Assembly (NCBI RefSeq): GCF_009914755.1
Contig: NC_060929.1
From: the human T2T-CHM13v2.0 reference genome, Homo sapiens
Direction: 5' to 3' (one strand)
DNA: 64,000 bases
Under the pieces are notes generated by a model that did no database searches, was not told the DNA's origin, and saw only the letters and a list, made by a program, of their open reading frames with translations. Below are positions 30,301 through 43,183 of this stretch, piece after piece. Every line of letters starts with the position of its first letter. Position 1 is the first letter of the stretch. Position numbers and translations under genes: made by a program.

Positions 30301-30729
30301 TTAACTCCTGAAATGAAGGAAGGGAAAGCAATGGCCCCTGACATAAAACAGGTTGTTGGGGCTCATCCGACAAACAGACAATGGGTGGCGGAAATGGCAG
30401 TGCATTTGAAAATATTTCTCCTTGATATTTCCAAGTTACTTTGAAAATCTGATGATCACAATCTTTCCTCTGATTCTTGCAGAAGGGTGAAATTATTAAT
30501 GTCTCCTCAGCTCAGACAAATTTCCTTCCTTTGGGGTTTCCTTGGGGTTTAAAAAAATACGGCAGAAGGTGTATGCCCTGTTAGTTGGTGGGTTTCTGTT
30601 GGGTATGGTGGATATGAGGCTTTTCCCTTGAGAGAATGATGCACGCAGCATCTGCAGAATCCTCTCCTCCTTGAAGTCCCCACCTCCCACTCCTTTTTGT
30701 TTTAAATTTTAAATGAAGTTTGTGCCTAG

Positions 30730-30966
<237 letters not shown>

Positions 30967-31729
30967 TAATATCTTCTTTTACTTAAATATGCAAACTTGT
31001 ATCCAGTGAAGGCCTGGGCTGGCCACTAGGTTAAAGACCAAGGGCTCCTCAGGACAAGAGAAAACGTATTTATTGTTTGTTACCCATGAAGCTAGCAGTG
31101 CCTTCTTTTAAAATAGCTCTGAAATTTTTGTTACCTAGAAGGAAATTAGTCAAACCGGATCCACTTCCAATGGAGAGAACAGTTCATGGTAGCAGTCTCT
31201 TAAACTGAGTTTAATTCTCGACAACATAAAGTCAGGGACCCTTTTGGGATTAAAGAGGGCTCCTCAATAAACAAGAGGTGCTTTGGAGAGAATGAGTCCT
31301 CTCATGTGTGGTCCACGATGCTAATCTGTGAAGACTGCAAATCTTTGAGAAACTGTGAGGCCTATCCCTGTGTTTGGGAAGGAGTTGAGCAGCTAAGAGT
31401 CTGAATGAAGAGGCTGTTTCAGGGAGACTTCAGAACTTTCACAGAATGCACTTGCAGGCACTGGGGGTGCGGGTGGGGGAAGCTGGGAGTGCCTGATGTG
31501 CTGTGAATAAACGAAGCCCAAACACATTTATCTAAATCAATGAGTTAATGCAGATTGCTGCTGCTTTTTTTTTTTAAATCAATATTATTCTTTTAGATGC
31601 TAATTTAAAGATCCATTATGCCTGAGATGCCCAGGCACTGGTTAGAATTAATGACGTACTAGTGTTTAGCTAGAATGAAGGTGAGGAAGCAGAGGTGGAA
31701 GTCAGCCTGGGGAATGTTTGCTTCTCATG

Positions 31730-31902
31730 CTATGGGTCCAGACTGTGCACGTTAGAATTGTGTGGGGATCTTTAATAAATTCTGATGCCTGGTTACAACC
31801 ACCCGACTTTCTAATTTAATTGGTATGGAGTGTGACCCAGGCCAGGGGATTTAAAAAATTCCCCAGGTGATTTTACTGTGAAGCAAAGTTTGAGAACCAC
31901 TC
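31730..31902. mobile_element. MER5A-family hAT element
   Basis: ...ccccaggtgattttactgtg..caaagtttgagaaccact terminus. Confidence 0.75.
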
Positions 31903-31939
31903 TGCTGATGGCTTCCTTTAATTTAACAAACAGTGGAAA

Positions 31940-32005
31940 CCTGTGTGTTGGGGAAGGCAACTATCTTATTCATATGTGTCTTCAACACTCAGAATAATCC
32001 TGATA
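31940..32005. mobile_element. L2 3'-end fragment, first half (interrupted by the inverted duplication)
   Basis: gaaggcaactatcttattcatatgtgtcttcaacactcagaataatcctgata resembles the L2 3' consensus; it continues at ~32886-32925 (tagttgatgcttaatagatatctgttgaattaattaatg). Confidence 0.6.
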
Positions 32006-32014
32006 ATTCTAAAA

Positions 32015-32809
32015 TTTATTCTCCTCAGAATGTGTATCTGTATTTCTTGATCTAACTGAATAACTGAAGGTCCTAACACTATTTGGTCTTATGTAACAAG
32101 GTTAGGAACATAAATACCCTCCTCTAGAATCCACTAGTAAAATACCCAAAAAGCTTCTGTTTTATGATGAGATAGAGGAGGAAGAGGTATAAATGATTAA
32201 AAATGATTTAAACCAAACTATGTAACAGGCTTTATATTTCATGCTTCACATATATTACTTTATTTCACCCTCTCAAAAATCCTCTAAATTACACATTAGG
32301 CCTGCCATGTTATAAAAGGATAAACTGAGGCTCAGAAAGCTGAAACGATGTGCCTAAGGCTACATGCCCACATCTCTCTGGTCAAAAGCCAAAGCTCCTT
32401 CTCCTGCAGCAAATCTCAAAGTCTATAGAAGAGTCCTTGTGTGGGATTTGCTGACATCACATGGGCTTCACCCCTCTGCCCTCATCACTAAGTTCTCTTC
32501 ACATGGTACTGCTTTCCATATTTGAACATAACTTTAAATTCTTCTTTGATAACTTTTCAACAGCCATACACATAGGTGGAAAGCATCATTGGTTTTATGA
32601 AAATCCCTGAGGCTAAATTTGGCCCTTAGAGCAAATTGAAAAAGAGATGAAGCCCCTTTCTATGTCTCTGAGGTGGAAATCTATGGGAAGAAACCAGCAT
32701 AATCTGGCCCAAATCACAAGGAAAACAAGGCATTTCTAACACAGCTACCCGGACAAGAAGAACCTGGGTAAAAAGACTTATGCCAAAACCATAATAATCA
32801 TATGAGTTC
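32015..32809 (+). repeat. Long inverted repeat, left arm (~795 bp)
   Basis: Reverse complement of 33930-34725. Checked 60-bp blocks have about 1-9 differences, with a ~70 bp perfect stretch (tctcctgcagcaaatctc...cacatgggctt). Confidence 0.97.
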
Positions 32810-33929
32810 TCTAATCCTAATATTAGGATTATTCTGAGTGTTGAAAACACAATGATTAGTGTGTCTTCAACTAATAATCATTTATTAGTTGATGCTTAAT
32901 AGATATCTGTTGAATTAATTAATGTATAACACTAGGGATACGTCTTAAGGTTTCTATTTTATTGATGAGGGAATTGAAGCTCAGACAGTTGAAACAGCTT
33001 CCTCCAGGCACCATTGCTGAGAAGTGGGATGGCTCAGATTCATATCTGTTCCTGCCTGGCTCTAAAGACCATACTCACTACCACGGCATTAGCCTGTTCT
33101 TTATACTGTTTCTTTAGTCCCTGCTGGGGATGGATGTCTTCCTATGGATTAGTTGGGACTGCAGTCTTCTAGTTTTTATTTTTCCCTTACCCCCTCCTGG
33201 TTAAAAAGCAAACAAACAAAAAATGTATTCCTCATATTCCTAACCCCTTCATCATTCTCTGACTAAGGGGATAACAGGAGCAGGGGACAGCATGAGGAGA
33301 TGCGGCAGGAGCCCCAGCCAGCCACTGCATCTGTATCACACTGGAAGCAACTGAGCTTCTAGTGAGTAGCCACACAGTGTTGGGATATCTGGAGAGAGCC
33401 AAGGATGACCAATTGCCATGAGAGAGGCTATAGGGTTGAATCAGGTGTGAAATCAGCTCCAAGGAAGCTGAAGTGTGAAAGAGCAGAAATGATGAGCCAA
33501 TAGATAAAGCCAGTTTCTCATCCCAGAGGAGAAAGGCGCTGATGCCCCAAAGAAGTTGAGGTGCCATGGAGAGAAGAATGGAAGAGGGAATAGGTAATTT
33601 TGGAGCTACTCTTTCTAATTTCAGCACCTGTTTCCCTACGATGGGCTACACATATATTTGGGGAAGGAACAAAGGGAGAGAGACAGTAAGAAGGCAGGGA
33701 AAGAAAGAAGGAGAAAAAAAGGAAGCAAAGAGGAACAAGTGAGCATTTGCCGCTCTCAAGACACCTGGTCAATAGGAATGCCCTTCTTTATCAGCTGCAT
33801 GACCTTACATTGGTCACTTAACTTCTCAATGCCTCAGTTTCCTCATCTATAAGATTTCATTGTGTGGGTGAGGATCAAATAAACATTGTCTGCAAAAGAA
33901 CAAATTATAAAATGCTATGCAAATGCAGT

Positions 33930-34725
33930 GAACTAATATGATTATTATGGTTTTGGCATAAGTCTTTTTACCCAGGTGGTTCTTGTCTGGGTAGCTGTGT
34001 TAGAAATACCTTGCTTTCCTTATAATTTGGGCCAGGTTTGTTGGTTTGTTCTCATAGATTTCCACTCCAGAGACATAGAAAGGGGCTTCATCTCTTTTTC
34101 AATTTGCTCTAAGGGTCAAATTTAGCCTCAGGGATTTTCATAAAACCAATGATGCTTTCCACCTATTTACATAGCTATTGAAAAGTTATCGAAGAAGAAT
34201 TTAAAGTTACATTCTAATATGGAGAGCAGTACCATATGAAGAGAACTTAATGATGAGGGCAGAGGTGTCAAGCCCATGTGATGTCAGCAAATCCCACACA
34301 AGGACTCTTCTATAGACTTTGAGATTTGCTGCAGGAGAGGGAGCTTTGGCTTTTGACCAGAGAGATGTGGACATGTAGCCTTAGGCACATCGTTTCAGCT
34401 TTCTCGGCCTCAGTTTATCCTCTGTAACATGGAAGGCCAAATGTGTAATTTAGGGGATTATTGAGGGGGTGAAATAAAGTAATATATGTGAAACCTGAAG
34501 TATAAAGCCTGTTACATAGTTTGGTTTAAATCATTTTTTAATCATTTATACCTCTTCCTCCTTTACTTCATCATAAAACAGAAGCTTTTTGGGTATTTTA
34601 CTAGTGAGGATTCAGAAGGCGGGCATTTGTGTTCCTAATTTTGTTACACAAGACTAAATAGTGTTAGGATGTTCAGTTATTCAGTTAGATCAAGAAATAT
34701 AAATATACATTCTTAAGAGAATAAA
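33930..34725 (-). repeat. Long inverted repeat, right arm (~795 bp)
   Basis: Reverse complement of 32015-32809; contiguous with a MIR at ~33780-33950. Confidence 0.97.
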
Positions 34726-35852
34726 CCCACAAGAAGTGACTGTATGAAAACATGCATGGGAAAGTTTCAGCTAGTGAAATAGTACGAGGTGACCGGAGTC
34801 TTGATTCTGAGCCTGCATGGGGTGTGAGCTATTAGTAACATCAGCCATAAGTGCTGGCTGGGTGCAGAGGATATGAATGCCCGTGGTTGATGTTCCTGGT
34901 TCAAACTTTTCACATCCAGCTGGGTAGCGGCTTATGTTGGAAACCCTCTTTTGTGACCAATTTAATTGTGAGTAGAGCAGATCTGGTTCAAATCTCAGCT
35001 GTGTCCACTGTTAACTCTGAAACCTAAGCAAGTTATTGCCCATCTCTAATGCTCACCCAGCTTTTGTGAGTTGCTTTCTGTGGTTTTTCTTATTGTTCTG
35101 AGTCGGCGTGGCAGCAGCTCACCAAGACCACGGAGAATTGAAAGCCAGTAGTTCAGAGGAAAGGAGCAATAAAAACACTTTCTGCTGATCAGGTACCTAC
35201 CATGTTCCAGACATGGAACTGGGATCTTCATATACAGTGTTTTAAATCCCACCAGAGATCTTCAAGGAACCACTATCCTCAGTGTTCATAGGAGGCTCAT
35301 AAAGTTAAATAGTTCATCCCAAATTACATGTATTCATAGTGCTGGAGCTAGGATTTGAATCCATCCAGGTCATCTGCCTCCAAAGCACTATTCTCTATGC
35401 CACAGGTAAGGTTTAGGCCAGGGATTCCCATGTGTTTTCAACAATGGACCACATGCTCAGAAGTCCTTGTGTGTGCCAGCCCTGTGAGCGTGGTTGATAA
35501 AACTGATGGCAGATTCAGAGGGTCAACACCACACACATGTAAATTAGATAGAGCTCAAAAGTTAGTAAAAGACATATGGCGATGTTGTGCAGGCCAATTT
35601 GCCCCACTCTCCTTACGATCCATGGTATTTCATAATGCTCCAATTTGATGGCACAAGTGGAATTAAATGAACAGCTTGTATTGAATGACATGCTCTCTTG
35701 GCCACTGTGAATGCCACTTATGCTAATGAAGCCCCTGGAGTGTCCAGGAGGGCAGGGGACTCTGCCATTTATATCCCCAATGTCTGGAACAATGGCTGCC
35801 ACACAGAAAGTGCTCAAATATCTACTGTCTGAATGAATGAATGAATGAATAT

Positions 35853-36180
35853 GGCTGGGTGCAATGGTGCATGCCTGTAATCCCAGCACTTTAGGAGGCT
35901 GAGGTGAGAGGATCTCTCAAGCCTAGGAGTTCAAGACCAGGCTGGGGAACATAGTGAGACCCTGTCTCGACAAAAAATTAAAAAAAAAAAAATTAGCTAG
36001 GCATGGGGGCCTGCCCATGCCTAGTGGTGTATGCTTGTGGTCACAGCTACTCAGGAAGCTGAGGCAGGAAGATCACTTGAGCCTAGGGGATCAAGGCTGC
36101 AGTGAGCTGTGATAATGCCACTGCATTTCAGCTTGGGTGACAAAGCAAGACCCTGTCTCTTAAAATAAATAAATAAATAC
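35853..36180 (+). mobile_element. Alu (AluJ-like) at an L2 (GAAT)n tail
   Basis: Alu consensus; carries an internal fold-back insertion at 35997-36024. Confidence 0.9.
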
Positions 36181-36502
<322 letters not shown>

Positions 36503-36597
36503 TCAGTGTTTATTAAGTGTCAAGTGTTGAGCTAAAAGCTTTACATATATTGTTAGCTCAATTGATCTTTGTAACAACAACCTTATAAGACAAATAG

Positions 36598-36843
36598 TCT
36601 TTTTAAGTTCCATGACATACCTGCACAGAATGTGCAGGTTTGTTACATAGATATACATGTGCCATGGTGGTTTGCTGCACCTATCAACCTGTCATCTAGG
36701 TTTTAAGCCCTGCGTGCATCAGCTATTTGTCCCGATGTTCTCCCTGCCCTCACCCCCCCCCACCCCCTGACAGCTCCCCTGTGTGTTGTTCCCCACCCTG
36801 TGTTCTTATTCTTGCTCTCCCACTTATGAGCGAGAACATTTGG
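36598..36843 (-). mobile_element. L1PA 3'UTR fragment inside a MIR
   Basis: gtgcaggtttgttacatag..atacatgtgccatggtggtttgctgcacctatcaacc. Confidence 0.85.
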
Positions 36844-38304
36844 TATAAAGCGGAGATAAAGACTATATGCAAAGACAAATGGGCTTTATCTCTGCTTTCC
36901 AAATGAGGAAAATGAGGCTTAAAGAGGTTAAGTAACTTACCTTGGCTGAAAATTAGTATATCTTGGATTTAAATTTTGGCTGTGTAAGTCCAGAGTTTGA
37001 GTTCTTAATCACCACCAAACAATAGCGCAATTTCATTAAGACTAAAGTCTTCTGGCAAAACCCCAGGTGGATAAGACTCAGGGGACCCCATAAAGTTGAG
37101 TTACAGAAAGGATGGAAACACACATATTCTGGAACCTGTTGGTTCCTTTCCCTTCACTTTGCCTGAGAGATTAGTGATGAGACTGAATGTCCTGAGAGAG
37201 CTGCATTTATTTTCCTCGGGGACAACTCAGCATCTCAAAGGAAACTGCCTTCTTATGGTCATGCTATGGGGAATTCCTGTGACATCGTTTTTCCAGTTTC
37301 TATGGACCTTGATCATCCACTGCTTGGCTAAAATAAAAGGATTAAAAATTGAGGGGAATAGTACTTGTTTTGAATGCCTGTGGCTCTTGAATGAGGAAGC
37401 TATCTGGTAGCATTCTTGCATAACTGTGTATCATTTCAAGACATGTTCATTTTGGCCAGAAGTCTGAGTGTACTGGCACCAACACTGGTCACTCTGTTTG
37501 AAAGAGAGAGAAAGGGAGGAGAGAGAGAGAGAAAGAGTGAAAGAGAGAACAGGAAAGCCTGAAAGCACTCAGCAGACAAGTCCCTCTGAGTTTGGAGGCA
37601 TCCTAGTCTGGTTTTGATTTTTGTTGTTATGTTTAAACACTTGCCGTTTTCTAATTCTGGTGAAGTCCATCTAGATAGCAATGATCTCAAGTGTCCTCCC
37701 TTGATTTACCTCTGGGACAGTAAAACCACTCTTGGTTGCTTTGGGTTTGATTCTCTTCTTGAGGGATGTACCTGGCCTTTGGCAGAGGGGTTCAGAGTGG
37801 ACCCTTAATCTAGGAAATTCACTCAGTGCCACATGATCACCTAATTAGCAAGATAGCATTTTCCTGTTGGCCATTCTTGCAACCCCCTATAGATGTGGTA
37901 ATGAGGATCCTTAACTTAAGGAATGTCAGAAGAACTGCACTTTATTTTCAAAAACTATTCTTACAAAGGGTGGGGGAAGCTCTTTTTCCACTTCCTCCTC
38001 CAAATTAGCCTTCTCGCCCCTGCTGAATCCTCCCCACTTGCCGAGATAGAATGCCTTTCCTACAGCATGACAGGCAGTAGTGGACGTACTGGATAACAGC
38101 CAGCAGGACAGAGCTGGGTACACATCCTTGCTTTGCTTCTCATTAGCTACATGGCTTCTGGCAAGTTATTTAACTTCTTCTCCATGCCATAGTTTTCACA
38201 TTGGTAAAATGGGATTAACATTTTCCACTCATAGAGTAGTTGAAAGAATTAAATGAGATCATGCATGTAAAGTATTTGGCATGTAAACAGTTTCCAATAA
38301 TGGT

Positions 38305-38315
38305 TCCTATTTTTT

Positions 38316-38359
<44 letters not shown>

Positions 38360-38651
38360 TTTTTGAGACAATGTTTCTGTCTGTCACCCTGGCTGGAGTG
38401 CAGTGGCAAAAGACAGAACACTGTAGCCTCTAGCTCCTGTGTTGAAGCAATCCTCTTGCCTCAGCCTCCTGAGTAGCTGGGATCACAGGCCTGTGCCACC
38501 ATGCCTGGGTATTTTTTTTACATATATATATTTTGTAGAGATTAAGTCTTGCCATGTTGCTTAGGCTGGTCTTGAAACCCTGGGCTCAAGTGATCAATCC
38601 CTTGGCCTCCTGAAGTGCTGGGATTATAGGCATGGGCAACCATGCCCAGCC
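38305..38651 (-). mobile_element. Alu (AluJ-like) with (TTTA)n tail
   Basis: Antisense Alu; degenerate TSD atggttcctatt/atgattcccact. Confidence 0.9.
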
Positions 38652-38868
38652 ATGATTCCCACTTAAAAACCCTATAATTCATAATCGTATTATATGAGTA
38701 TGTGTGTATATGCATCACATGTATGTTTATGTGTATAGGTATATATATGTATGTGTGTTTTAAGTATTATACACAATATAGGAATATAGACTATGGAATG
38801 AAAGTAATAATGATACAATATTATTTTATGAAGAATGGTAGTAATAATGAGAGTAAAAATAATAGAAC

Positions 38869-39330
<462 letters not shown>

Positions 39331-39816
39331 TCAGGGCAAGACCATAGACAGAAGTCCTCTGACAAATGCTGACCGTGACAACAGTCTTGGCAAACTTCAG
39401 TAGGCAGAGATGGGCTGTCCCCATTGGGAAAAAGAACCACAGGCCTGCCACTTCTCTGTGAGGCCGCCTGGACTAGATGCAAATTTAATACTCCCCTGTC
39501 ATGTTGCTAAAACCCTCTGAGACTCAGGTGACAGCTACTTGCTTCATTTGACTGTATGGCCTACCTGGAGTGGGAGGCTGGGAAGATGGGCTTCTTCTGA
39601 GCAGCCCCTCCCGCAGCCTGTGCAGCTGCCTGCTAATAGCTAAAGCATGTAAGTGTGCGGGCTGTGGAGACTCCTGATAACTGCGGTTCCATCGTGTCCC
39701 TCCAAAGTCCTGGAATGACATGCAGCTCTTGAAAGCCAGCAACTCGCAGCAGACACTGAAGTCCTGCCTTTCCCCACAGGGGTTTGTTTCTGTGCATGTT
39801 TCTCACTTTGGCCTTA

Positions 39817-40362
<546 letters not shown>

Positions 40363-40413
40363 CTAGCCTCTTTTCAGGGCACATGCCTCAGTATATGGTA
40401 TCCCTTTAGACTT

Positions 40414-40650
40414 CAGAGGTTGTAAATTAGTAGCCTCTGGGAGAAATGCAGCCTGCATTTGTGTTTGATTTGTCTAGCAAATCAAAGCGTTAAATCAAAG
40501 TGTTAAAACAATTGATAGGAATAACTGAGTCTTTAGGGAGAGAATGGAATCCACACACCTCATCACTTCCCACTGCCCTGTCCTCATTCCATATCACTTC
40601 TTTCTGTTGCTTGTCTAGCCCTGCAGTCATCTGATTTTGCTACATCTGCT
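40414..40650. mobile_element. hAT-Charlie MER (MER102/MER58-like)
   Basis: Termini cagaggttgtaaat...ttttgctacatctg are roughly inverted. Confidence 0.5.
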
Positions 40651-40929
40651 TGATGTTTCCTGATAAAGATGGTCCTTGACCAACTAGGTTGGAATGTACT
40701 GGATACTGTGACTGCCTGGAGGAATGTCATAATGCTTCTTAGCATATTAAAATTATGAAAAGTTCTATAGTTAAAAAAAAACTCACTGGTTTATCTTTGC
40801 TTAAGCCAATGCTTTCCAAAATTCTTTGATTGCGAACCCTTTTCCCCTACAGAATACCTAGCACCATCCTATGGGACAAGAGGCTCCAATAGAACATAGT
40901 TTCAGAGACAATGGCTTTGGAATGTTGTT

Positions 40930-41900
40930 TTATCTTATAATCTACATTTAAAAGAATAAAGAATAAATCTCTAGATACAAAATCCAATAACCATAAAGTA
41001 AAAGTCTGACAAATATGACAGCCTGCAAATTAAAATCTTTCTATGCAATGGAACAACAGGATAAGTGGGAGAAAATTCTTGTAAAATATGTTACTGTAAA
41101 AGGGTTACTATTAATGATGCATGAAAAATTTTAAAAACCAATAAGAAAAAAATACCCAAAATAAGAATAGAAAAAGGATATGAACATGCAATTTAGTAAA
41201 TATAGATGTTCAATAAATATGGAAAAGATGCTCAACCATACTAGCCACCAAAAAGTTGCAAATTACACATCAGATCAACAAAAATCTACAAGATTGTATG
41301 TCCAATGGTAGCAAGGTTATGGGGAAATGGTCAATTAAAGGAAATTGGTTACTGTATCTTCCAAGGTAATTGACAATCTCTCCTAAAATGTATATGTCTA
41401 TATGTTTTCATGCACTAATTCTTCTTTGAACAATCTATCCTACAAGGATCTTTACAGATATACAAACAGTATTTTTTTTACCACGTATTTATAATAAAAA
41501 TTGACAATAGCATGGAGCCTATGATCAGGGGTGGGCTGAAGAAGGTATAATGTACCCATTTGAGCAGTGCTGGGCAGTGGTTAGAAATGAAAAGAATCCA
41601 CTCTATGAGAAGGCAGGATGCCACTGGTGTGCAGTTAACTACAAAAAGCAAGTTGCAGACATGTATATTTACATACACACACATGCACATGTAGGTTCAT
41701 GCATAGAAAGCAGTCTGGAAGGAAATTCATCACAATGTTAACTAACAGTGGTCCTCCCCTCTCTGGGGAGGAGAGATTGGGACCCAGAGGAGGATGCGAT
41801 ATAGGACTTTGGAAACAATTTTCACCCTCATGCCTTATCTGGTATGAATGTTTTTACATCAAACATAGAGTATTGACTTTTTAAAATTTAAAAATTATAA
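40930..41900 (+). mobile_element. Old L1M (L1ME-like) 3' region, sense
   Basis: A-rich, with L1 motifs (aaaagatgctcaacc, gcaaggttatggggaaat). Confidence 0.65.
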
Positions 41901-43112
41901 ACAAGATTAAAAAAGGGATGAAGGCATAGAGAGAGAGAGGGTTGCTATTTGAGTAAGGTGACCATGTAGCTTAAGGGTTACGAGAAATGGCTCTAAGTGC
42001 AGCCTGCCTGAATTTGAATCCTGGCTCTCCACTTGCTAACTTTTCAACCCCAGGCTAGTTATTTAATTGTGATGCACCAGAGATTCCTTATTTATGCAAA
42101 TAATGTTTCCCTTGCAGGGTTGTAACTAATAAGCTAATCTATTAGCAGTCTTTGGTACAGCTTCTGCCCTGTTGTAAATTCTTAGAGAATAATCATAATC
42201 ATTATTTATGTTAAGAATCTCAGTTGTATATGGCTAGGAGGAAGATTTTCTTTAGGAAAGTAATTTTCACGATTTTTTACTTGAGTCTGATTGTTAAAGG
42301 GTGATACATGTTAGTAACAGAACACCTAAAATATACAGAAAAATAAATAAAAAATGCATACTTCCATTAGACCCTTACACATTATTTTCCATTCATGTGA
42401 CTTACAGTTCTTTCTACTGAAACTGTAGTCTGCCCTGCTGCTTAGCAAGTGGTGTTGCTATGCAGGGGGTGAGTGTGGCTCCTATCTCTGGATGCATCAG
42501 TTACTTTAAGAGAGGAAGCAATCCACTACAATGCTCAGCTTTCCCAACCCAGCTAGTGGACCAAAACATACCCACTATTATTCACAAAGTGGCCAGGGAG
42601 AGGAAATATGAATAACTTGTCACCAGCAAAGCAATTCAAGTACACCATCTTCCATTAATAATATGTCACCATTTATTGAGCACTAAAATAGGCCTGGTGC
42701 TCTGTTGGATGCCTCACATATATTATTTTTAATCTTCGCAATCCTTCAGAATACATATAACTTTGTCTATTTCACAGATAAGTAAATGTCTGAGAGGTTA
42801 AGTGTTTTGTCCAAAGCCTCATGGCTAATAAGGTGTGGAAACAGAATTTGCAGATCTATAGAACTACAAGGTCTGTGGTCATTCTAGTCTATGTTATTGC
42901 CTCCTTGAAGACAGGAGTTGTGACTTCACTTTTGTATACAAAGAAGTCCGTGCTTATGTTTTGATGTCCATACAGAGGCTTCCATCAATATTGTAATGTC
43001 CAGGATGCAGAATCATTCTCCTCTGATCTGTGTCATGCTGCAAAGTACCCTCTTTGCCAGCACAGACTTGTTGATGTGAGGATCACTTATATGTATTTTA
43101 CATTCCACCTAG

Positions 43113-43183
43113 GTGGCGGCTTTGAAATACATCCCATCTGTCCTGCATGATGTAGAAATGGTCTTTGATGCGAAGTTACTCAG
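43113..43183 (+). CDS. DOCK2: DOCK2 coding exon (~exon 24), 71 bp, VAALKYIPSVLHDVEMVFDAKLL(S)
   Basis: Acceptor ttccacctag|GTG and donor CAG|gtgaga. Phase 0 start matches the previous exon end. Confidence 0.95.

Noticed and set aside
31975-32851. The left arm with its 31-bp inverted brackets as a novel DNA transposon or MITE
   Set aside because: The left bracket appears to be part of the host L2. I see no clean TSD or known TIR motif, and the donor copy lacks the brackets. Templated repair explains it better.
32015-34725. Bias of arm mismatches toward G-U wobble on one strand as evidence for a selected RNA structure
   Set aside because: A hand count over ~420 bp gave roughly 14 minus-strand versus 9 plus-strand wobble-compatible transitions, which is not convincing.
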